Source: an uncultured Candidatus Saccharibacteria bacterium (GTDB lineage Bacteria > Patescibacteriota > Saccharimonadia > Saccharimonadales > JAGQNJ01). From it: DNA of 64,000 bases. Positions 25,749-35,429 of the stretch are shown one piece after another. Location: contig OZ246406.1 in assembly GCA_965231045.1 (NCBI GenBank), positions 706,208-770,207 of the forward strand. The letters run 5' to 3'. Each line of letters starts with the position of its first letter. Positions within the stretch are counted from its first letter, which is position 1. Made by a program: the position numbers and the translations under genes. Below the pieces are notes generated by a model. That model saw only the letters and a list, made by a program, of their open reading frames with translations, did not search any database and was not told where the DNA came from.

Positions 25749-26324
25749 ATGAGTATGAAAATCATTGGTATTAGCGGCATGAATGGTGCTGGTAAAGATT
25801 CAATCGGCATTATGCTACAAGAAAGACATGGGTTCTTGTTTGTTTCAGGGTCCGATATGTTACGCGAAGAATGTCGTAAGCGAGGATTACCTGTAGAGCG
25901 TGAAAATCTGCGTATGATTAGTGCCGAGTGGCGTAAAAAATATGGCTTAGGAGTTCTTGTTGATCGTGCAGTTGAACTTGCCAAAAAAGGCAACTACAAA
26001 GGTTTAGCAACAGGTCCAATGCGTAATGTTGGTGAGGCTGAGCGTATACATGAACTTGGCGGGACACTTGTTTGGGTGGATGCTGATCCGAAGATTAGAT
26101 ACGAACGAGCAGTTGAGCGTAGTCGTAGCCCTGAAGATGATAAGTCATTTGAACAATTTATGGCCGAAGAAGAACATGAAATGACCCAAAAAGGTGACGA
26201 AACAACACTTAATATGTCTGGGGTAAAAGCAATCTGTGACATATTTATGGAAAACAACGGCAACGATATAGAAAAGTTCAAAGACGAAGCCGAGAAGCTT
26301 TTAGCTTTGCAAGCTAGTCTCTAA
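25749..26324 (+). CDS. P-loop nucleoside/nucleotide kinase-like protein
   Basis: Walker A GISGMNGAGKDS near the N-terminus. About 190 aa, with the size and layout of dNMP/dephospho-CoA kinase-like proteins. Substrate unknown. Confidence 0.6.
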   Translation: MSMKIIGISGMNGAGKDSIGIMLQERHGFLFVSGSDMLREECRKRGLPVERENLRMISAEWRKKYGLGVLVDRAVELAKKGNYKGLATGPMRNVGEAERIHELGGTLVWVDADPKIRYERAVERSRSPEDDKSFEQFMAEEEHEMTQKGDETTLNMSGVKAICDIFMENNGNDIEKFKDEAEKLLALQASL

Positions 26325-29096
26325 AGCAGGCTCAGCCTTCTTCGCTAATAATCGTTGAATTTCGCGGATAGTTAAGAACACTGCTGCAGCTACAAGTGCA
26401 AAACCCCAATCATAAAGATTTAAGGGGCCAGTTCGCATGTATTTGCTGACAAACGGATTGTAGATAATGTTGAACACACAGAACATTGATAAACTCATCG
26501 CAAACCAGAATTCTTTGTTATAAAACTGGTACTTGGTAAACAATCCTTTATGGCTACGTCGTTGCATAATGTTTCCAAGCTGACACAGTACGATAGTAAG
26601 GTAGGTTAGGGTAGTGGCTTTTAGATGAAACTCAGCTCCTGAGGCGAAGCCACTTGGATCAACGCCAGCGCGGTGGAAGTAGAGTAGATAATTACCAAAG
26701 GCCAAACCCCCAATAAGCAGCCCACACCACATTAAATCCGCGATGTTTAATCTATCTAATATGTGTCGTTTTGGATTTCGTGGTTGTTCAACCATGACAT
26801 CACTGTCGGCAGGGTCCCAGCCTAGTGCGGCAATCGGGAATAACTCAGCAACCAAATCAATGGCTAAAATCTCCATAACGCCAAGCGCAAGAGGTATATG
26901 TAGCAGACTAGCAGCACCTAAGCTAAAGAGGTTGGCGACTAATTCCGCAGTGTTTGATGTAAAGCAAGATAGGGTAGCCTTCTTGATATTTTGAAAGATA
27001 ACTCGACCCTGTTGGATAGCGCCAACCAGAGTATGAAAACTGTCGTCCAGTAGTACAATATCAGCCGATTGTTTGGCAACATCAGTGCCAGTTTTGCCCA
27101 TAGCGACACCAATATCAGCTCGCTTTAATGCCGGCGCATCATTAATGCCATCACCTGTAACAGCAACCACCTTGCCACTATCTTTAACAAGCCCAACAAT
27201 ACGCAGTTTATCTTCAGGAGCAACTCGCGAAAATATAACACTACCTTCGTTTACCAGCTGCAAAACTTGAGTATCACTTAGCTTGCGTAATTCTTCACCA
27301 GTAACCAAAGGTATATCAATTTTTGTATTGCCAAGACCGGCTTTTGTCGCAATGGCTTTAGCAGTTACAGCATAATCTCCAGTAATTACTGATATTTTAA
27401 TGTGTGCACCATGAGCGGCTTGCATGGCTTCATAAACTTCCTCGCGAACTGGGTCAATCATGGAAACCATACCAAGGTAAGTTAAGTCACTTTCGACCTG
27501 GTCCATTGTTAATTTTGATAAATCAGTTTTGGCAGGCAGAACCTTGTAGGCAAATGCTAGGTTACGCATAGCACTCTCGGCTAGTTTCTGGTTGGTGTCT
27601 AATATGGTAGTCGAGTCTTGTTTGTGTAGGGGGCGAGTGTGTCCATGATCCCAAAGTGAATTGCACTTTTCCAAAATGCTTTCAGGGGCGCCTTTGACGA
27701 AAACATAAATTTGTTTGCCATCGCCCCATTTTCGAATGCTACTCATTCTTTTGCGTGCCGAGTCAAAGGAGAACTCTTTGAGCTCCGGGTAAATTTCATT
27801 TAGTTTATCAGTATCAATACCAACCTTATGAGCCAATGTGATAAGTGCTCCCTCGGTGGGGTCGCCAAGACAATACCAGGTAGGATGTTTTTCGTCTGGC
27901 GGGCTAATATGGGCATTGCTTGCTAAAGCCCCTGTCGTAAAAAAGATTTCCATTTCCTTTAATTCGGTTGCTGTTAGGTCGGTATGTTTTTCGGTTTGGA
28001 TTTTACCTTCGCTTTGATACCCACTACCTGTTACTAGATAAGCAGCCTTGCCAATGTGGAGTTGCTCGACAGTCATTTCATTTTTAGTTAGGGTACCAGT
28101 TTTATCTGTACAAATGACACTTGTTGCACCAAGTGTTTCAACTGCAGAGAGTTTTTTAACGAGTGCTCGCGCTCTAGCCAACTTATTGGCGGCTTGAGCA
28201 AGAGAAGTATTAATCTCGGCCGGTAAACCTTGCGGGATTAGTGAGCTAGCAATCCCAAGGGCAAATAGAAAAGCTTCTTTAAATGGCAATCCAACTTGAA
28301 TAGATATAGGGAGAAGCAGGGCACAGAGAATTACAGTACCTTGTGTTACGCGTGTTGCGGTGTGATTTAGCTCTTTTTGTAGCGGGCTAAGATCATTCTT
28401 TGTATCAGCGCTCAAACTAGCTATTCGGCCAAGCTCGGTGTTCATCCCAGAGGCAATCACAACTCCGTAGCCGTGACCCGTCGCAACGGTTGTTCCCATA
28501 AAAACAAGATTGTGTCGATTAGCGAGCTCAACATCCGCTGAAATTGCGTGGGTAAATTTGCGAGAGGGATTTGATTCTCCGGTGAGGGCGAAGTCATTTG
28601 TGCTTAGCTCGGACTCTTCAACAATGCGCATATCAGCTGGAACAGAGTCACCTTCTTCAATGTAAGTAATATCACCCGGAACTAGCTCAGTGGAGGCAAT
28701 CTCGTTAAGCTTGCCACTTCTTATAACCTTAGCCGTTGGAACTACAAGTTTCTCCAGACTTTCCATGAGCTTCTCGGCTTTGAACTCCTGAAAGAAGCCA
28801 AGGGCAGTGTTTAAAAGGACAATTACGAAAAGTACCGTACCTGTTCTGCCGTCACCAAGCCCAAAGGATATCACTCCACTTATAGTCAAAAGAATAATCA
28901 TTAAGTCTTTGTATTGACGCAAATATTTATGCAGTGCAGATTCTTTATGAAGTTCTTTGAGCTGATTCGGCCCAAATTGCCCAAGGCGTTTTTGTACCTC
29001 AGATGCTTCAAGCCCTTGTTTTCGATCAGTACCAAAAGCATGCATAGCCTGGTCGGTATCCAAGCGATAAGCAGGTAACTTTTGGTTTTCATCCAT
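26301..29096 (-). CDS. P2-type cation-transporting P-type ATPase
   Basis: LTGESNP, ICTDKTGTLT, TGDGINDAPAL and an N-terminal cation-ATPase-N region. The TM4 motif reads IPQGLP rather than IPEGLP. Confidence 0.92.
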   Translation of the reverse strand: MDENQKLPAYRLDTDQAMHAFGTDRKQGLEASEVQKRLGQFGPNQLKELHKESALHKYLRQYKDLMIILLTISGVISFGLGDGRTGTVLFVIVLLNTALGFFQEFKAEKLMESLEKLVVPTAKVIRSGKLNEIASTELVPGDITYIEEGDSVPADMRIVEESELSTNDFALTGESNPSRKFTHAISADVELANRHNLVFMGTTVATGHGYGVVIASGMNTELGRIASLSADTKNDLSPLQKELNHTATRVTQGTVILCALLLPISIQVGLPFKEAFLFALGIASSLIPQGLPAEINTSLAQAANKLARARALVKKLSAVETLGATSVICTDKTGTLTKNEMTVEQLHIGKAAYLVTGSGYQSEGKIQTEKHTDLTATELKEMEIFFTTGALASNAHISPPDEKHPTWYCLGDPTEGALITLAHKVGIDTDKLNEIYPELKEFSFDSARKRMSSIRKWGDGKQIYVFVKGAPESILEKCNSLWDHGHTRPLHKQDSTTILDTNQKLAESAMRNLAFAYKVLPAKTDLSKLTMDQVESDLTYLGMVSMIDPVREEVYEAMQAAHGAHIKISVITGDYAVTAKAIATKAGLGNTKIDIPLVTGEELRKLSDTQVLQLVNEGSVIFSRVAPEDKLRIVGLVKDSGKVVAVTGDGINDAPALKRADIGVAMGKTGTDVAKQSADIVLLDDSFHTLVGAIQQGRVIFQNIKKATLSCFTSNTAELVANLFSLGAASLLHIPLALGVMEILAIDLVAELFPIAALGWDPADSDVMVEQPRNPKRHILDRLNIADLMWCGLLIGGLAFGNYLLYFHRAGVDPSGFASGAEFHLKATTLTYLTIVLCQLGNIMQRRSHKGLFTKYQFYNKEFWFAMSLSMFCVFNIIYNPFVSKYMRTGPLNLYDWGFALVAAAVFLTIREIQRLLAKKAEPALETSLQS

Positions 29097-29190
29097 ACGT
29101 AAGCATTATACCCTGTTGTAATTGATGTCGCTTATGCTTGCAAGAGTAGCGTCGGTCGTTACAATAGTTCTAATAAACGGGAGACAGAAT

Positions 29191-29985
29191 ATGGCAGCCG
29201 ACGAAGCACTGCAAGCAGGTATATTGGAGCAGACACAGGAATTACTTAGTAGAGTTGATCGGGCATTCGATCTAGGAATTGCATCAATAACCGTTCAGGC
29301 TGGTCACTTAGCTATGGATGGTGCGGCTGCTAGTCCTGAATTAGCTGATGGTATTGGTGACATTCATGCACAGCTTGTTAATATTCTTGGCAAAGGAGTC
29401 GAGGCCTTACAACGTATCCACGAATTAGCTCCGGGACATACACCAACTGTTGAACTAACTGTGGGGAGAGCCGCTACTGGAATGCTTGAGCTTGGACCTG
29501 GCGATGCAGATTCTCAACCAGCAGATAGTGATGACCTAAACCCAAAAATACTGGACGGCACTTCTGTTCCTAAAGACGACAAGAAAAAGGTTGAGGTTGA
29601 CTCTAAAATTGATGGACGAACACGAAAACGTCAAGAGGGAACCCTAACTCGAATTTTTGGTGAGGACAATGCCGATGCCATCGAGGAGCTTACTCAAGAT
29701 CAGATAGTTGTACTTGCACAGTTAGTCGGAGATTTGTACAAAGCCATACCACTATCGACATTAGGAGATCGTAGCCGCAACTTAAGAAGTGAACAATTCG
29801 TTGACTATATAAGTGGTATGTCACGCAGCGACCTTAGTCAAAAATATCAAGAAATCAATTTAGCGGGAACACTTACTAACCCCATAAACAATATTCACAA
29901 AGAATTAGGCCAAGAAAAACTTAACGAACTATTTGTTGCCGCACTAACTGCATATGAAGAAGCCAAGTCTGAACAGGGCGTATAA
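29191..29985 (+). CDS. hypothetical protein upstream of the second sigma factor, possible C-terminal HTH
   Basis: I chose ATG 29191 (SD GGGAGA; promoter TTGCAA-16-TACAAT upstream). The C-terminal LRSEQFVDYISGMSRSDLSQKYQ.INLAGTLTNPINNIHKEL loosely resembles a sigma-r4/LuxR-type HTH. Tentative. Confidence 0.5.
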   Translation: MAADEALQAGILEQTQELLSRVDRAFDLGIASITVQAGHLAMDGAAASPELADGIGDIHAQLVNILGKGVEALQRIHELAPGHTPTVELTVGRAATGMLELGPGDADSQPADSDDLNPKILDGTSVPKDDKKKVEVDSKIDGRTRKRQEGTLTRIFGEDNADAIEELTQDQIVVLAQLVGDLYKAIPLSTLGDRSRNLRSEQFVDYISGMSRSDLSQKYQEINLAGTLTNPINNIHKELGQEKLNELFVAALTAYEEAKSEQGV

Positions 29986-29991
29986 TTAGTT

Positions 29992-31308
29992 ATGGAATCT
30001 GGTGAAGGCACTGCCCCATATGAAGGGAAGAGGGTTGTAGTCGATACATCCCAACTCATTAAATCTGTTTTAGGCGCATCCATTGAGACGACACCCATTA
30101 TTACCGACCCTGAGGACACGGAAAAAGTAGAAGCTGAAACAGTTAAGACTCCAGTAAAAATTGATGCCTCAGCGTTAATTGAAAGATTTGTAGACAAGGT
30201 GAATGGCAGTGAACCTGACTTGCTTGTTGAAGACCAAGTTGCTTATATTCAGAACGGTGAAATAAATGGCAGAAAGCCAGTTAATGGCCATAATAGCGTA
30301 GTAAGTGGTGGGCCAAAGACAACCCCAAAAAAGAGTCCAGGTAGTAAGGGGCGACAACCAAGGGCTCCTAAAAACGGGGTAAATCCTTTCGACGATGACT
30401 TTGTCAAAATGTATCTTAGAGAGATTGGTAAACACGAGTTGCTAACTAAAGAGGGCGAGATAGAGCTTGCTCAAAAAATCGAGCAAGGGGTGTTGGCAAA
30501 ATTAAGACTAGATGAAGCCGCAGAATTGTCTGCATATGAAAAACGACAACTCCAACGGGCTGTTAGTGAAGGCAAGAAGGCTAAGACCGATTTTATGAAC
30601 GCCAACCTTAGGCTTGTTGTGTCTATTGCCAAAAAATATAATGGCAAAGGCCTAGAGCTTTTGGATTTAATCCAAGAAGGTAATCTTGGTCTTGAACACG
30701 CTGTCGACATGTTTGAGTGGCGTAAAGGTTTTAAGTTTAGTACTTATGCTACTTGGTGGATCCGACAATCTATTACTAGAGCAATTGCAAACAAAAGCCA
30801 GGCAATTCGTTTACCAGTCCATGTGCACGAAAGTGCGAGAGTTTACTTTAAGGCAAAAGATTCTTTAGATTCGGGGGCCACTACTGAGGAAATCGCCGAA
30901 AAAATGGGGTTGAGCGTTGAGCAGGTAGCCAAAATTGAGCAGTCTATTGCTATGATGCACCTACTTTCTTTTGATGAGCCAGTTAAGGCGGGGAGCGCCA
31001 AAAGGTATGGTAGCGAAACAACAATTGGTGAGTTGACTCCAGATCATTCATACCTTGACCAGCAGGGCTCAGTAGAAAATGCAGCAATTGGGGACGACCT
31101 TATGAAAATAATCAAAGAAAAGTTAGACGAAAGAGAACAAGAAGTTATAATTGAGCGATTTGGACTTGATGGTGGAGAGCCAAAAACACTTGATGAAGTC
31201 GGTAAGCTTATTGGCCTAACACGAGAAAGTGCTCGACTGATACAAAATAGAGCTATCAAAAAACTTCGACATCCATACATAGCGGACAAACTAAGGGAGA
31301 TGCTTTAG
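29992..31308 (+). CDS. second RpoD-like (group 1/2) sigma-70 factor with ~130-aa N-terminal extension
   Basis: FVKMYLREIGKHELLTKEGEIELAQKIE and [54 protein letters not shown]. Region 4.2 is divergent: TLDEVGKLIGLTRESARLIQNRAIKKLR. Confidence 0.88.
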   Translation: MESGEGTAPYEGKRVVVDTSQLIKSVLGASIETTPIITDPEDTEKVEAETVKTPVKIDASALIERFVDKVNGSEPDLLVEDQVAYIQNGEINGRKPVNGHNSVVSGGPKTTPKKSPGSKGRQPRAPKNGVNPFDDDFVKMYLREIGKHELLTKEGEIELAQKIEQGVLAKLRLDEAAELSAYEKRQLQRAVSEGKKAKTDFMNANLRLVVSIAKKYNGKGLELLDLIQEGNLGLEHAVDMFEWRKGFKFSTYATWWIRQSITRAIANKSQAIRLPVHVHESARVYFKAKDSLDSGATTEEIAEKMGLSVEQVAKIEQSIAMMHLLSFDEPVKAGSAKRYGSETTIGELTPDHSYLDQQGSVENAAIGDDLMKIIKEKLDEREQEVIIERFGLDGGEPKTLDEVGKLIGLTRESARLIQNRAIKKLRHPYIADKLREML

Positions 31309-31347
31309 TTGCTGCTCGATACCTATCTGTAGAGTATACTTATATAT

Positions 31348-33981
31348 ATGCAGGAGGAGCAGAAAAAACCAGGGGTGAAGAGACTGGCCATTATTGATGG
31401 TAAATCGGTTTTTTATCGTGGTTATTATGCAATGCCAAACTTGAGTACCAAAGATGGCACGCCAACAGGCGGTGTTTTTGGTTTTGCCACTATGGCACTA
31501 GAAGTTATTAGACGTCTAAAGCCTGATTATGTCTGTGTGGCATGGGATAAACCTAAAACTAATATTCGAAAGCGCATTGAGCTATATCCAGAATACAAAG
31601 CTGGACGAAAGCCAGCACCACCAGATTTTTATGAACAAATTCCCGTGCTTCATGAGCTGCTCGAGGCTTTTGGATGGCCACTTTACGAACTGGACGATTA
31701 CGAAGCAGATGACATTATGGGTACGCTAGCCGTTCAAGCTAGGGAAAAGGGGATTGATACAGCACTTATTACCAGTGATCTGGATCTGCTGCAGGTCATT
31801 AATGGCAATGTACACGTCTATGCGCTCAAAAAGGGCTTAAGTAATATTGAGCTTTATCACCCAGAAAGTTTTGAAGAAAAATATGGTATAAAAGTTGATC
31901 AATTTTTGGATCTAAAAAGTATCAAAGGCGACAGCTCAGACAATATTCCGGGCATCCCAGGAATTGGTGAAAAGGGTGCGGTCGAGTTATTGCAGAAATA
32001 TAAAACGCTCGATGGAATATACGAACATTTAGACGAAATCAAAGAATCAACCCGTAAGAAACTCGAAGACGGCAAAGATCTGGCTTATCTTAGTAAAAAA
32101 CTTGCCGCTATTTGGATTGATGCACCGCTCAAGCTGAACTTAAAAGAAGTTGATGGCACAAAGTGTGACCCGATTGAACTTAGAAAATTGCTGGAAAAAC
32201 TAGAGTTTAGAAACCTGGCACGCAACCTACCGACATATATGAATGTTCCAGAAGAGGAGGATGACACTCGCCCGGCTAAACTTACACTTGGCGATGGTTT
32301 GAAAATTGAAACTGCCGATCAGCTAGCCAAACTAACGCTACCTAAAACAGATGAATTGGTCGTGCACAGTATTAGTGAAAAACCACATGGTCGTGGTTTG
32401 CAAACACTCATTATTTCTCCAGACCCCAAGACAGTAATTAACTTTGATTTAACAAAACTTGATTCGAAAGCAGTTACCGATAAGCTAAAAAGCTACATAG
32501 AGCCAACAAACTTAGTTGGCTACGATGTTAAGAATACTCTGCAAACTTTGTACGCACTTGATATTGATGCTCAAAAAGTTGGCCATGATGTGCTAGTCGG
32601 CGCGTTTTTGGTTAATAGCTTACGCCGGGAACAAACTTTGGCCGAACTGGCAGCAGCTGATCTAAACATTCATATAGAAGAGCATAGCCAAAGTGAAACC
32701 GAAATCGTGGCCGTTGTTCGCGGGCTCCAAAAACAGCAGCTCAAACAGCTCAAAGATATGCCAAAAGTTGCAAAGTTGGCTGATGAAATTGAGTGGCCAA
32801 TAATTCCAGTACTGGCTCGCATGGAATACACAGGAATTAAACTAGATACCAAGTACTTAGAGAAGTTTTCTATAGAACTTGACGACCAAATATCAGACTT
32901 TGAACAACAAATTTATGGACATGCCGATCATGAGTTTAATATTTCAAGTCCAAGCCAGTTGGCTGATATATTATTCAACAAACTAAATTTGCCAACCCAA
33001 GGTATTAAAAAGGGCAAGACTGGTTATTCGACAGCAGCTACTGAACTCGATAAATTAAGAGGCCTACACCCGATAATTGATCTAATTACCCAGTACCGTG
33101 AAGTTACTAAACTCAAGAATACTTACGTTGATACGCTACCAAAAATGGTTGATGAGAATTCCCGGCTGCACACAACCTTTAGTCTTACGGTTGCTCAAAC
33201 AGGTCGACTGAGCTCTAACGATCCAAACCTTCAAAATATCCCAGTTCGAACTGAACTTGGCAAAAATATTCGCAAAGCTTTTGAAGCCGGGGAGGGCAAT
33301 GTGTTTGTCAGTGCTGACTACTCACAGTTTGAGCTGAGAATTGCAGCCTATTTGTGCGGCGACAAAGATTTGATAAACCAATTTAACGAAGACATTGATG
33401 TCCATGTGGCAACTGCGGCCGAGGTATATGGACGTGAACCAGAAGACGTTACTAAGAACATGCGGCGCGATGCTAAGGTTGTGAATTTTGGAGTTATGTA
33501 TGGGCTCAGTGCGCATGGTTTAGTTGAAGCAACAGGTATGACATATCAGCAGGCAAAAACCTTTATCGATAAGTATTTTGAAGTTCGTCCTAAACTTAAA
33601 GGCTATATTGAATCCGTAAAAGAACAAGCCCGTGACAAGGGTTATGTAGAGAATATGTTTGGCCGCCGAAGGCCAACACCCGACATTCATTCATCTAACT
33701 TTATGGTTCGTGAGGCGGCTATGCGCGCAGCGGTGAATATGCCGTTTCAAGGCAGTGCAGCCGATATCATGAAAAAAGCCATGGTAGATTTGGCCAAAGT
33801 ATTAAAAGATAAACCATGCAAAATGTTGCTACAAATTCATGACTCGATCTTAGTTGAATGCCCGCGTGATGAAGCTGAAAAAACGGCTAAAATCCTAAAG
33901 GAAACCATGCAAAATGTCGTTAAGCTACCAGTTAACTTAACGGTAGATACCGAAACTGGCCACGACTGGGGTGACTTGTAA
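31348..33981 (+). CDS. polA: DNA polymerase I
   Basis: 5' nuclease domain, then motif A DYSQFELRIAAY, motif B RRDAKVVNFGVMYG and motif C LQIHDSILVE. The 3'-5' exonuclease motifs look degenerate. Confidence 0.96.
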   Translation: MQEEQKKPGVKRLAIIDGKSVFYRGYYAMPNLSTKDGTPTGGVFGFATMALEVIRRLKPDYVCVAWDKPKTNIRKRIELYPEYKAGRKPAPPDFYEQIPVLHELLEAFGWPLYELDDYEADDIMGTLAVQAREKGIDTALITSDLDLLQVINGNVHVYALKKGLSNIELYHPESFEEKYGIKVDQFLDLKSIKGDSSDNIPGIPGIGEKGAVELLQKYKTLDGIYEHLDEIKESTRKKLEDGKDLAYLSKKLAAIWIDAPLKLNLKEVDGTKCDPIELRKLLEKLEFRNLARNLPTYMNVPEEEDDTRPAKLTLGDGLKIETADQLAKLTLPKTDELVVHSISEKPHGRGLQTLIISPDPKTVINFDLTKLDSKAVTDKLKSYIEPTNLVGYDVKNTLQTLYALDIDAQKVGHDVLVGAFLVNSLRREQTLAELAAADLNIHIEEHSQSETEIVAVVRGLQKQQLKQLKDMPKVAKLADEIEWPIIPVLARMEYTGIKLDTKYLEKFSIELDDQISDFEQQIYGHADHEFNISSPSQLADILFNKLNLPTQGIKKGKTGYSTAATELDKLRGLHPIIDLITQYREVTKLKNTYVDTLPKMVDENSRLHTTFSLTVAQTGRLSSNDPNLQNIPVRTELGKNIRKAFEAGEGNVFVSADYSQFELRIAAYLCGDKDLINQFNEDIDVHVATAAEVYGREPEDVTKNMRRDAKVVNFGVMYGLSAHGLVEATGMTYQQAKTFIDKYFEVRPKLKGYIESVKEQARDKGYVENMFGRRRPTPDIHSSNFMVREAAMRAAVNMPFQGSAADIMKKAMVDLAKVLKDKPCKMLLQIHDSILVECPRDEAEKTAKILKETMQNVVKLPVNLTVDTETGHDWGDL

Positions 33982-34029
33982 GTACTTATGCTATACTTAC
34001 CTTAATAACCGATGAGGGGAATCACCTTT

Positions 34030-35388
34030 ATGGTGAGTGTAATAAAAAAATCAACCGCGCTGCTCTTAATTGGCGTATATAGTTTAACGCTAACTTTAGT
34101 TGGCTTTACAGGCTTAGCTTCAGCTGCAGCTCCACCAACGGTGGCCATTACCAGCCCGACAGCAAGTGCTAATGTCGGTACAAGTTTTGCCGTAAATGGT
34201 ACGGCTACAGCCAGCACGGCTATAACTGTAAAAGTAAATGGTTTAACAGTAGGCAGTACAACTTCAGATGGTGCTGGCAATTGGTCTGTCAACGTTACTG
34301 GCCAAACAGCTGGAGCAAAAACTATAACAGCAACTGCAACAGGTGATTTAGTGGCTTATTTACCAGATATTGGTAGTACAAATTTGGGAGTCGTAAATGT
34401 TACTCAGGGTAGCTTTAGTACAGTTGCCGGAACATTTGGCTCACAAGATGCCTCACCACTCAACAATGGCAAGGTCTTTACGCTTGATACTCAAATATTT
34501 GGTACGAGCAATCAAGTTTCGGTTTTTGATGGAACCCCACTAACACACACAGTTGATACCCCTCAGAATGATCCATTTAGCTCAGCACTGTCAGAATCAG
34601 CCCATAAGTTATATGTAACTGACCCAAATGATAACCAAGTAGCTGTTATTGATACTAATACAGATACGGTATTGACAACTATTCCAGTCGGGACTGCTCC
34701 GCAGGGGATTGTAATAAGTCCAGATGGTACCAAGGTGTATGTTGCGAACGGTAGCGGTAGCTCAGTATCAGTTATTGATACAAGTACTGATACAGTAACT
34801 CAGACTCCTAGCGTTTGTGCTAGTAGCTTTAATCTAACTATATCGCCTGATGGCACAATGCTATATGTACTTTGCCAGAGTACAGGTATTGAGAAATTTG
34901 ACACAGCAACCTTTACATCACATGGAACGGCAGCCATACCAGCTAGTCTTTTGAGTTTAGCTATAACACCTGACGGCAGCAAGATATACGCTAATGGCTT
35001 TGGCAGTCCGGGTATTGCAATGGTAAATACGGCAGATATGTCGGTTAATATTGGTTACGGTAGCACTTCAGCAACTTCACTACAGATCATCGGCAACAAA
35101 CTATACCTTGAAGATCTCGGCACAAATGAGTTTCAGATATATGACACGGCAACTGATACACAAGTTGGCACAGGCATTTCTACTATTGGCTTGAGCACCC
35201 CAGTTAATATTTCTACGCACTTTATGATTCAACAAACTGGTACTGCCTCAGTTTCTGTAACAGTAGTTTCGGCATCTGGTGCCAGCCTAGCTCCCACTGG
35301 CCAAAACGAAAATCTATACACGCTCATTTCGATTGCGACAATTGCTCTTGGTTTGTCGATTATTTATCGGCTCAAACAAAAAGCCTAA
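34030..35388 (+). CDS. cell-surface protein: signal peptide, Ig-like domain, YVTN-type beta-propeller repeats, LAPTG sorting signal
   Basis: I chose ATG 34030 (SD GAGGGGA). Signal peptide ...GLASA-AAPP. Repeats of the form KLYVTDPNDNQVAVIDTNTDTV and GTKVYVANGSGSSVSVIDT. The C-terminus is LAPTG (35287-35301), then a TM segment, then RLKQKA. Confidence 0.78.
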   Translation: MVSVIKKSTALLLIGVYSLTLTLVGFTGLASAAAPPTVAITSPTASANVGTSFAVNGTATASTAITVKVNGLTVGSTTSDGAGNWSVNVTGQTAGAKTITATATGDLVAYLPDIGSTNLGVVNVTQGSFSTVAGTFGSQDASPLNNGKVFTLDTQIFGTSNQVSVFDGTPLTHTVDTPQNDPFSSALSESAHKLYVTDPNDNQVAVIDTNTDTVLTTIPVGTAPQGIVISPDGTKVYVANGSGSSVSVIDTSTDTVTQTPSVCASSFNLTISPDGTMLYVLCQSTGIEKFDTATFTSHGTAAIPASLLSLAITPDGSKIYANGFGSPGIAMVNTADMSVNIGYGSTSATSLQIIGNKLYLEDLGTNEFQIYDTATDTQVGTGISTIGLSTPVNISTHFMIQQTGTASVSVTVVSASGASLAPTGQNENLYTLISIATIALGLSIIYRLKQKA

Positions 35389-35429
35389 TTGCTCGTGCTT
35401 CAATCTACCTAATAAAGTAAAATTAAGTT

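Noticed and set aside
32280-32700. Degenerate 3'-5' exonuclease motifs in Pol I (no DxE ExoI, no YxxxD ExoIII).
   Set aside because: It is real in the sequence but common in many bacterial Pol I enzymes (Taq-like and actinobacterial). It is not distinctive enough to list as a finding.
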